Positions 23,590-32,664 of a DNA stretch of 32,664 bases are shown here, one piece after another. Within the stretch, counting starts at the first letter, position 1, and each line of letters begins with the position of its first letter. Source of the DNA: Sphacelaria rigidula (taxonomy: Eukaryota); NCBI GenBank assembly GCA_964200075.2, contig CAXNAA020000038.1, positions 1 through 32,664 of the forward strand. Direction: 5' to 3'. The translations under genes were made by a program, and so were the position numbers. The notes beneath the pieces were generated by a model. It had not been told where the DNA came from, did no database searches, and saw nothing but the letters and a program-made list of their open reading frames with translations.

Positions 23590-24290
23590 AAAAGGACAAC
23601 GTTTGGTTTGACCAGTTCAGTGTGGCGCCGAACTTCGACATGCAGTTGCTGTCAATAAGTAGAGAATCCTGATGGGGCAATAAGTGCTCAGACACGACGG
23701 GTGACATTACCGAGGGTTATTAGAAACGCCACAAACCCAAGGTCATCGATTGGCGAACAATTTGCTGCACGGAGCGAAATGGCCGCCGGGGGTACAGGAG
23801 GCAGGCAATTTCTGCAGCATGGGGTGGGACTTCAACCACGCGGCGGAACAGACTGAACAATCAGTTGCAGTGTCTACGGTAATATCGATAACCTGAACTG
23901 GACCAACTGATCCTGAGATGCGGACGGGTCTCGAGGAAAACGCAAGTGACAGAGGTCCATGCTGTGTACTCAGCGAGGAGATGTACCAAGGTATGTGCGT
24001 ATCATCTTTATTGGCAGGATCGGGCGCGGACGGCGGACGATCTAAGGGGTCATGCGCAAGCGCGGCAGGCGAGGCTACAGTGCCAGTTCTTGGCTTCTTC
24101 CGAGGTGGACTAGACGAAACAGCCACGTTTGACGGAACGGCTAGTGTAACAGTTGTAGCAGATGATACATGAGACGAGCCAGATGTGACAGAGCGACGTG
24201 GCGTGCACGCTGATGGACAGTGCAGGCAGTTCAAAGCTGCACGTTGCTGAAGTTATCTTCACGTTCGCAATGTAAGCAGAGAGACCCGAT
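23590..24290 (-). pseudogene. Gag C-terminal zinc-knuckle remnants and aspartic protease
   Basis: LCLHCEREDNFSN and NCLHC/HATSLC (frameshifted CCHC-like). Protease ITVDTATDCSV and LLIDSNCMSKFGATLNWSNQTLSF. Confidence 0.75.
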
Positions 24291-25414
24291 AGTCCTGGGC
24301 TGTGTGCACCGCACGTTGCCCGCTTCTCTTTTATATCCTCCTGTATGAAACACACACAAACTCAAGACACTGCCTGTTAGCAGTGCAGATAGTACAGACT
24401 GTACTGTACACGAGTGGCCATGTATCGTTTCACGAATTCCACTGTTTTTTTTCGATCGAAACCTTGGAAATTCATCTGGACCCAACCACATCAAAACGAG
24501 AAAAAATTGCTCAAATCAATCCCACCGCCCCATCTGTTCGATCGGGAAAAAAAAATGCTCAGACACGCCCTCACTACGCACACAAACGGAACACACTAAC
24601 AGCCATCATTCACGTCCACCGTTATTCTCGTATCGTCGCGATAATGTTGCGATGTTTCATCATCGTGAGTTCGTCCAGACGTTCACCATTTCAACTATCA
24701 TAGCGGCAACGGTACATCACCTTGAAACGTGGGTTTCTAGTTGGTATCCATCTTGGCTCTCCTAGCAAGTATTTTTTGTGTTTGTGGCTGTGTGCCTAAA
24801 TGCATCGCAAACTCTGTGCGGGACGTTTGAGCATCAGCGATGCGGCCGAATAGCCTACTGAACCCAACAAAAAAGCACGCATGGCCCTTGCTGGCGAATT
24901 CAAGTGTGCTGGACCTCGTGCAATACCCACGGTGTTCATTTTTGTTACATGTTGCGGGGAAGGCATTATCATGTAATTTGTGTCGATAGGTACGCAGTGT
25001 ATTTCGTCGACCAGCTCTACCAGCCTTCCCTTCGCGTTTGGAAGTCAGTACAACACGTTTCAGTCAGTTCACAGGAAAGGGGATTATAATTTCACGTCCA
25101 AAAATCGGCAAGGTTGTCTAACTTCTGTGGCGCCGTTTAACTTTCGGTATGATGTAACTCCCGTCAAATCTATTGCAATAAAATGCTCATGATCCGTAGG
25201 TGATGCGCGTACTTCTTGTTCTCATAGACCACAAAACGCAAGAGATCCCAACATGTGATGTCAACACATAGGTCACCACAAAATATAGGCGTAAGCATGG
25301 TTTGTACTGAGGTGAAGCCAAAACTCGATTATCGAGCCGTTCACTTGACGCTATCGGACTTCAACCAAAATCTTTTGTTGAAAAGGTTTTATATGACCCC
25401 GCCAAATTCTTTTC

Positions 25415-25690
25415 AGTAGGACGTTAGACTGTTTCCTATGGTGATCACTCCCGAATCTGGCGGGGCCCCAATCTGTGCCAAACCGGGGAGACTCGAATTC
25501 GTGAAACTCGGATCCGTGTGTAACCCTTTGTGGTTAGTTCTGTAAACAGGGGGTCGCTTTCTGCAGGGGTGTGGTATCACAGTGAAGCCGAAGAACAGGC
25601 ACGCAATTAATCAGTCTTCAATGGCAGCGTCGTACCGTGGTACCCTTGGGCATGCAGCACACTCCACCATCACAGTACACGATAATGCCG
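25415..25690 (-). repeat. Right (inverted) copy of the 17285-17650 repeat
   Basis: See the left copy; colinear inverted similarity with indels. Confidence 0.8.
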
Positions 25691-25860
25691 TGTGCTAGTA
25701 CGTGATGGTACAGTCCGTATTGCGAGAATCGTGAACAGTGTGCGAGAAGACTCAGGTAGTGCAGTGCCGTTCATCACCCTTCAAGTACAGCGACAGCAGA
25801 AAGTAGGATAGTACAGTACCGTTCGTGATGGTGGTACATACAGCAACGCATTGCCGCCGC

Positions 25861-25934
25861 GCCCCGGTGGTGTAATGGTCCGACTGTCGACATTAGGTTG
25901 GGGAGAACGAGGCTTCGATTCTCGATGTGTCGGG
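25861..25934 (+). pseudogene. tRNA-like sequence (tRNA pseudogene or tRNA-derived SINE head)
   Basis: GCCCCGG followed by an A-box (TGGTGTAATGG) and a B-box-like GGCTTCGATTC inside a CGAG/CTCG stem at tRNA-like spacing. The acceptor and anticodon stems do not pair. Confidence 0.55.
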
Positions 25935-26045
25935 TTTTCTGCGTACTATCTAATTTCCACCCTGGAAAGCGTGAGAACGGGAGTAAACCAAGTAGTAGGC
26001 TGCGTTTGTTTGACGTGAAATGACGCGGTGCGGGAGTAGTGCTGA

Positions 26046-26060
26046 CCCTAACCCTAACCC
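26046..26060. repeat. Interstitial telomere-like (CCCTAA)2.5
   Basis: CCCTAACCCTAACCC directly visible. Related GGTTAGGG motifs occur at ~1534 and ~31626. Confidence 0.7.
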
Positions 26061-28685
26061 AAAATGCAAGGCGTGTATCGGGGGAGAGATGGAATGATCC
26101 TTTGAGATCACGGACTTGTCCCGAGGAAGGGGAGGGGTTCAGAGTACGATAAAAAAAAACGAAATGCAGCTAAATATATTACCCTCGCCGCAGGGTACGG
26201 CATCGACACTTCGTATCTGCTTGTCAAACCCCGTGCGAAGCTGCTCCAGCAGCTGGCGCTGGCAGGCACGGCCCGTTCTGTCACGAGACTGTCTGCTACT
26301 GCGGTTGCAAAAATATCAAACGCCTGTTGCCCTATCACCGTGCGTCGATGTAACTACGTCACTTCCGACAGATTCGGGGGACCTCGATTTTCCCCCGACC
26401 TGGGCTCAGATTCGGGGAAACCATTCTCGTATCGTGACATACGAATCTGAGCTTCCCCGATTTGGGCCAAGTTGGGGTCCATGACAGGCGTTTCCTGATT
26501 TGAGTTCACCCGATCTGCGTACAGATCGAGATCGGTGACGGCCATGAAAAATGGTCATAGAAATCCCAAAACTACGGGCGTCACCTTGGCGATGTAGAGA
26601 TCGATGTATTGCGAGGGCAGCTGTCAGTCTCTCTCAAGACCATGATTCTTGTTCGCCCCGGTATGGTGAGCACTAACCCTTACATAGCCCAGTTGAGCAA
26701 GTGGCCTTCTGTTGGCCTGGCTATTCAGGGGTTTCGGAATGGTTGTTTAAATTAGGGACAGGATGCCTACATCGAAACAGGGGGGTCCGGGCCCACCGAG
26801 CCGTAGCCGCCCACATCTATATGTCCGTGTCGTCGTGGGTACAGCACAGGCTATGCAGTACAGACAGTACCGTGCATTCATTTCGGGTGAATCGAGACCA
26901 TCATGAGAGGTGGCCGTGCTACCACCGCATGTGGTATGGCATGTACGAAGGCCTTCCAAGCCGGAGTCTATACGGGTGCGCCGCTGTGAGACTCCTCGCA
27001 GAAGCCACAAGGCGCCCCACAACTTGAACCTGCGTGCTCGACCGTGAACATACCGCCATTGCTACACTCGCCATGATCCAAAGGAAAAAAGTTTGTATTT
27101 TTGTCTGATTCAGCTCCCGAGAGCCGTAAAAGGGCCATTGACACATGGGATTGACATACTCCAAATATTTGCGCGACTGTAAGGACGTGTTTTCGGAATA
27201 GAAAGCGCTGTGTACCATGAGGGTCGAAGGTACGATAGCATCCGACCTATCTCGTCCCATGTAACCTCATTTCTCCCCAAAATGTCAATTGTACTTTACC
27301 CTTCAACCATAGAACGCACTAGAAACGTTCTCACGATCGTTTCACTCGCTGCGTGCTGTATTTTGCCTCAGCACAATGGACGTCAAGTGTGCAGTATCAA
27401 ACTCTGAAATCGGTCATTTCATCATCATCTACGAGAACGCGAAGGGGTGCAAAAGTCCTTACGATGTGTAACGTAAACCTGTAAAATACGTCCAAACTGA
27501 TGAATATTTTGCAAAAGTGGGCACAACAGACACACGTCTAGCTCAAACACAATGGTTATCTTCCACTCTGACATCTGAAACATGATTGAAGTCACTCTGT
27601 ACCCCCTGACGTATTCTCTCACTGAAACGACAAGTGGGACACGCTAGCAGCCATCGCTCAAGGTCAAGGCTGTGCTCTTTACCTCATCCAATACCATGGT
27701 GGATCTTTGTTGATCATGGTTGCGTCTTGACCTAGCTGCCTAGCTGTTTTATTTGCGGAAGCGATGTGTCAAGTTAGTGCTCGGTGCATCCGAATATATT
27801 GTGTCTCGGCGATCCATCACATAGGATTCGCTTCAAGAGATACCGTGTGAGCAGAAGCATCAACTCTGTGCCAGATATTTGAGCATAGAAGTCGCGGCCA
27901 AAAGGATAACTGACAGCAACATGGTGAGCTCGGTGGTTCCGCATCACATGGCTCTTTTCGCCGAGGTTTATCCGAATCCGCCGAACCTTCCGCAACAAAA
28001 CGATGACAATACTACTCTTTTGGGTCACGGGGATCGCATCAGTAGCGAAGGAAGAGATGTAGCAGGCGATGTTTCGCAAGAACAGTCGTTGCTCGCAACC
28101 CCACGGGGACGATTCGTGCGCGATAGGAGGAGAGGGGGGGGGGGAGGGGGGCGAACATCAAAGCAGCGACAAGTGCCGCCTTCCCTTGCCCGGCACGATG
28201 TCATCTGCGTCAAAATGTCGATTACACTTTGGTCTTCACTTGATGAATGTTGCAATCGTTCCCAAAACCGGCCATACTCGCCGCGTGATGCCAAGTGGCG
28301 GGGTCAAGCGTGCCTCGTCCAGCAGGGAAAAAAGGCGATTGTCGTCGTAATCGACATGCGGAAGCACTTGAGGGTCGACATGAAAGACGGGGACAGGGCA
28401 GGGCGGAACACTGTGTCTGTGTTGCGTCAGCCACTTTTATCTCATTGTATGCATTTTTGAGCGCCTTCGTTAATCCTTTTGGCACTGGCATTGGAAAATT
28501 GTGACATATGGTTGAGTATTTACAGCTTTCACGCAAAACTAATAGCCCGAGGTGTGTTTCTCAGACCCGTATGAAAATATGCCCCAGCGCCGCACGGGAC
28601 TCCGTATATACAAAATAGACAGGTGGTGCCGATATTTTTTTCACTCCTTGGAAAGTACAGTATCTTTCCAATGTAAAGTAGTCGA

Positions 28686-29064
28686 TTATATTGCAATGTG
28701 ACGGTATATTGCCGCCGTGGAACTGCCAACATATTGTCCGCCTAATATATATTGGTACCATAGGGCTGCACATATTTTGTCTCATCAAGATTCGTTGGGG
28801 CCATGTGGGCGACGACATGATGGATGAGCAGTATATGTTGGGGTCTCATTCGGGTGATGGCAACATATTGGCAGGTCGATATATATTAAGCTCGTGTGGG
28901 TGACAACACGTTGACGTTGCCCGGTTAACATATACTTCGAAGTATTGGGGTTGTGGGGGTGATAACATATTGCCCGACCAATATATGTTGAGGCTGTACA
29001 GGTGACCACATATTGCCCGACCTACATCTATTGTCGCCGTATGGATGACGACATATTACCGAGC
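28686..29064 (+). repeat. Degenerate ~43-bp tandem array (block L) of ACATATTG-N6-CAATATATRTTG plus a 17-nt linker
   Basis: 12-mer positions 28700, 28743, 28786, 28829, 28877, (irregular unit), 28979, 29022, plus a half-site at 29051. Confidence 0.8.
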
Positions 29065-29545
29065 GTATGCAGCAGTATATTACTCCGGTACTCTACTCTG
29101 CCGGATCCTGGAAGTCATCTCGTCCAAAGACTCTCCCATTCAATGCATACCAATATGTAAATATTTTTTTGGTATGCGTGCTGTTCAGTGCCAGATCCTG
29201 CAAATATTCTGGAAGTAGAGGTGCTCAGGGTACAATGCAAAGTCTCTTGTCGCAACGCGCTTTCGCTTGCTTGCGATCCCGGCAAGGCGTGAAACATACG
29301 TTGTTGAATAGTACATACGTTGTTGAATGTATACATGCGCAACATATATATACGTCGTTGGAACCCTGATACTATAGCTCCGACAAGTCTTGCAAGGTAC
29401 AGCAGACAGTACGTGATATTTGTACTGTACCGAATGTCGACCCGCCGGAAGTTTGCCATGCATACGATATATGTATTGGCCGGAAGACATGCAATAAGAG
29501 GCGAACCGGTGTATCTGCCCATCACACCATGAACAAAACAATATG

Positions 29546-29691
29546 AATTATATATTGCCTGCCTAATATGTTGACAAATCGCGTCTTCAATATTTATTGC
29601 CCGAGCAATCCACCCAGACGTAGATCAAAACATATTGTGATCAATATGTGAAAGCTCGCGATATGCAATATACATCCGCCGAACAATATAC
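29546..29691 (-). repeat. Same motif in reverse orientation (block M)
   Basis: AATTATATATTG-cctgcc-TAATATGT at 29546, CAATATTTATTG-cccgag-CAAT at 29588, further copies at 29626 and 29666. Confidence 0.65.
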
Positions 29692-29899
29692 ACCTTTTGA
29701 TACCTATCCGGCCACCGGTGCGGTGCCGCTTATCCCCTTCACAATATGTATTTTATATTGGCCAAAACGTACGACGATAGGAAAGGTGGCTCGATACGTG
29801 CCTTTTGGTACCCCTCTCGACACCGATGCTGGGTTGCTTTTACCCTGGACATACAATATGTTCCAATATGATATCAATATTTTATACTGGAAACTGCTC

Positions 29900-30983
29900 A
29901 AGCATTGTCCTCTCAATATATTTTGTGTTGAGACGTCCTTGGAGATATTGAACCAACAATGCAGCACACATTTATTGTGCCTTGATCGCGAAGTGATGCA
30001 TGCCAATATATATCGGACATGCATTTGCTCCGGGAACAAAACGTTCAATATGTATTGGTCCTGCCGGCCGTTTATGTATTGAAGTGTCAATATATGTTGA
30101 GTCGAAGCGGCGCGTAACATATTATCGCCATAATATATATTGAACTCGAACCATGCAAAATTATTGTTTTTTCAACGAACATATTGTGTTCCCCTCTGTC
30201 CAAACAATACAATCCAACCATCCATCCATCCATCCAACCACCCATCCTCAATCAACCTTTGAATAATTAATTCATAAGTTAAAAAAAATACGATACAACC
30301 ATCCATCCATCCATCCATCCAACCAACCATCCAACCATCCATCCTCAATCAACCTTCAATTTATTAATTTATTTATTATACATGTATATATTGTGCACGC
30401 TCACCGCGTAGCTATTGTTCAACCAATATATATTGGACACGCTCGCGGAGGAATGTATTGAGCGTTTTCGGGATCTGGTGGCACACTTTCCAATTGGCAC
30501 ATGCGAACATGAAAGTGCCCGCCACACTAGTTCCTACGCACTTTCCAATATACATAGTGAGTCAGTGATATATTTATATTTGCTCCCCCAATATATATTA
30601 TGACGATCGATTCCCTCGGGTTTTGTTCGCCCAATATATATTGGACGAACTGACGGCACGACGTGTTGGGGCGGCAATATATATTGGCGCTTCCGGTGTT
30701 GAGTGTATAGAATCGTCAACATATATTGACTTCGTGTGGCAGCGAATGTATTACTCGACAAATAAATATTGGCGCCTTACCGCACCAACATACTACTCGA
30801 TCAATATCTATTGAAGTGGCGCGTGTCGTGACATACTGTTCGGCCGATATATGTCGCACGTTGCGAGTCTTCACATGTTGACCGCACACTATATATTGAC
30901 CCGTCTCTGGTGCCATCATATTGCTCGGCCAATATGTATTGAACAAGAAAAACGTTGACATATTGGGCGGGCAATATATGTGC
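29900..30983 (+). repeat. Phased 42/43-bp repeat-spacer array (block R)
   Basis: 12-mer starts at 29914, 29957, 30004, 30046, 30088, 30131, 30173 | 30382, 30424 | 30546, 30589, 30632, 30675, 30717, 30760, 30802, 30845, 30887, 30930, 30972. Confidence 0.9.
30206..30372. repeat. Tandem duplication (~81-bp offset) containing a (CCAT/CCAA)n microsatellite
   Basis: AATAC.AT.CAACCATCC...CATCCTCAATCAACCTT..AAT.ATTAATT occurs at 30206 and 30287. Confidence 0.9.
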
Positions 30984-31222
30984 ATGTATCATTTCACTTT
31001 TTTCATCACTTTTGCCGAGTTCTCTCTGTCGACAAGGCATCTTATCACGCGCTTTTTTTTGCAGTGCACGGAGAAGGCGCAGCGGTACATTACCTTTCAG
31101 GTTTGGGTGTCATGTGATACTTGTGGCGCGTGTTCTGGCCATCGAAAGTCGCCCGCACTGGCTCTTTTTCGCCGGGTCTCGATCCCGAACCACAAAAGCT
31201 TTCCCAAGTTCATGAAAACCTT
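30975..31222 (+). repeat. Copy A of a ~250-bp dispersed direct repeat
   Basis: Aligns to 32271-32509. By hand count, 35 mismatches in a 183-nt gap-free core (~81% identity). Confidence 0.9.
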
Positions 31223-31559
31223 CAAGCAGCAGGATGATTGTTGCGGGGTATTTCCCCCCCGTGTTTCTCTTCGTCGGGTTCTCGTTCATTTGGGAGCAAG
31301 ATTACACCGCTCATACCGCCACGAGAACATGAGAGCAACGTAGTTGAACACAATTGAACATTGCCTTGGCCTTAGTCAGCAGCAAACACCAGACCGTGCG
31401 GTGAGCCTTTGATGAGGTGAACAAGGCACACACGTCGGCAAACGTCCCCACTGTGGGTTGACCAGTAGAGGGCGGTGCCGAGAACCCCGTGATCATGCAA
31501 CCCGTAGGATGCACTTGTGAAATACAGGCGCAGGGATATCCTTGTGACAGGGTTGACAG

Positions 31560-31749
31560 TGTAATGTGTGAGAGAACCGCGTGCTTAGAGGACCGCATCG
31601 GACTTTGAATATTCCTACGAGGTATGGTTAGGGTCAGTGTCCGGGTTATGGTCAGGGGCGTAGTATCTGCAGGGGCTGGCCCGATTGGTTTTGAAAAACG
31701 TCGATACTGAGGTGTTTTGAACTACGGCGCGGTCCTCTCACGCATTACA
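31560..31749. mobile_element. 190-bp non-autonomous element with TGT...ACA ends, 22-bp TIRs and a probable 5-bp TSD
   Basis: TGTAATGTGTGAGAGAACCGCG (31560-31581) matches the reverse complement of 31728-31749 at 20/22. Flanks are GACAG (31555-31559) and GACAT (31750-31754). Confidence 0.75.
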
Positions 31750-32270
31750 GACATGTTTGTCCTTGTGACAGGAGTGACAAGGAGAATCATACGAGTACGC
31801 ACCTCATGTATCTTTCGACGGCTTAGTACAGTATTTTCAGTACAAGTCAAGTGTCACTTTGCTTGTGGATTTCTGCGCCGTGTCTGAACGAACCACCCTG
31901 AAAATTGGCATAGAGGTAGACCACAACACAGACAGCATATTCCTGTATCGGCGGCACGTTTTACGTGGTGCGCCAGACGCACGAAGTGAATACGGATTCT
32001 AGGCAATGTCATCGATGCGCTCTCAACACGGACTCCCCTCGGCCCAGACTGTGTGAGACGTCAGTAAACGCATATGTGGACACGCAGATGCGCTCACTTC
32101 CACACGATGACCTGCTGGGTGGCTCCTGCCCCGGCAAACCAGCATCGATCCGTATTGGGTGCACTCTGGATTTTGTCATTCTACGCAATACCTATCTTGG
32201 TATCGCCTGTAGAGGTACTCACTTCAGGAGGCACGGTCGTGCAAGCGCTGTCAGTGCTTTTACGCGCAAT

Positions 32271-32509
32271 GTATATTATGCACATGTATCATTTCACCGC
32301 TTTTGCCGAGTTTTCTCTGGCGGCAAGGCGTTGTTTCCCACACGTCCTATTGCGGCGCACCGACAAGGCTCAGCGATACATTACCGTTCAGGTTTGGGCG
32401 CCATCTGATACCTGTGGCGCGTGTTCTGGCCACCGAAAGTCGCTCAAACTGGCCTTTTTTCGCGGGGTGTCAATCCCTAACCACAACTCTTCAAGATCGT
32501 GGAAAACTT
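32271..32509 (+). repeat. Copy B of the ~250-bp dispersed direct repeat
   Basis: See copy A. Confidence 0.9.
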
Positions 32510-32664
32510 GACAAAATATATTTTCGACTTGCGTCACCCGCGGGAGGCCCGTACCAACCTCCCGAAGGAGAGCCGTGTATATATGTAGAGAGAGCAATGG
32601 ACTAGAAAAGGTATACCTTCTCGTTTTTTGCCCAAGAAAGGTACGAAAAATGGCCAAAAACGCG

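Larger units (their letters stand above)
19499..24330 (-). mobile_element. Decayed Ty3/Gypsy LTR retrotransposon internal region, chromovirus-like, apparently 5'-truncated
   Basis: Domain order gag knuckles-PR-RT-RNaseH-INT-GPY/F-chromo-like across many frameshifted ORF fragments. Integrase downstream of RT/RH defines Ty3/Gypsy. Confidence 0.95.

Noticed and set aside
24742-24748. TGGTATC as a tRNA-Met primer-binding site
   Set aside because: Wrong strand for the element, the match stops at 7 nt and it is not preceded by an LTR end.
25861-25934. Functional tRNA gene
   Set aside because: Acceptor and anticodon stems do not pair and the T-arm is irregular.
26871-27029. Possible symmetric 159-nt minus-strand exon extending the large gene beyond the Gypsy element
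   Set aside because: Only an AG/GT pair and an open frame; no motif or linkage evidence.
27879-28460. 193-aa plus-strand ORF and overlapping minus-strand ORFs
   Set aside because: No recognisable domain or convincing splice boundaries. It could be an exon, but strand and frame cannot be supported.
28686-30983. CRISPR array call for the repeat-spacer arrays
   Set aside because: Eukaryotic context, no cas-like ORF, degenerate repeats, spacers of only 16-17 nt and blocks in both orientations.
30921-32511. Duplicated protein-coding gene (two similar ORFs with CGAC..H)
   Set aside because: Mismatches by codon position over 61 codons are 13/8/14, so there is no clear third-position excess. Treated as a non-coding repeat.

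Overview
Eukaryotic nuclear DNA, most likely a brown alga or related stramenopile. This is inferred from the EsV-1-7 motifs, GT-AG intron-rich gene structure and TTAGGG-like interstitial motifs. (1) About 1.3-13.0 kb (possibly to 16.1 kb), minus strand: one large spliced gene (>2,200 aa by my hand-built model). The long track ORFs 9922-13107, 7823-9502 and 5220-6752 are its big exons. It encodes a long disordered region, degenerate p25-alpha/TPPP-like (EF-hand-like) helical repeats and two EsV-1-7-type Cys/His motifs inserted inside the first repeat, with an apparent 1-bp frameshift near the 3' end. (2) About 19.5-24.3 kb, minus strand: a decayed Ty3/Gypsy LTR retrotransposon (gag zinc knuckles-PR-RT-RH-INT-chromodomain-like, poly-G PPT), bracketed by a diverged ~300-bp inverted repeat pair. 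(3) Small non-autonomous elements: a foldback hairpin at 14 kb, a tRNA-derived head at 25.9 kb, a 190-bp TGT...ACA element at 31.6 kb and a 250-bp direct repeat pair. (4) 28.7-31.0 kb, the most unusual signal: arrays of a palindromic motif (ACATATTG-N6-CAATATATATTG) recurring every 42-43 bp with variable 16-17-nt spacers. All alignments and splice calls were made by eye; no database searches were run.
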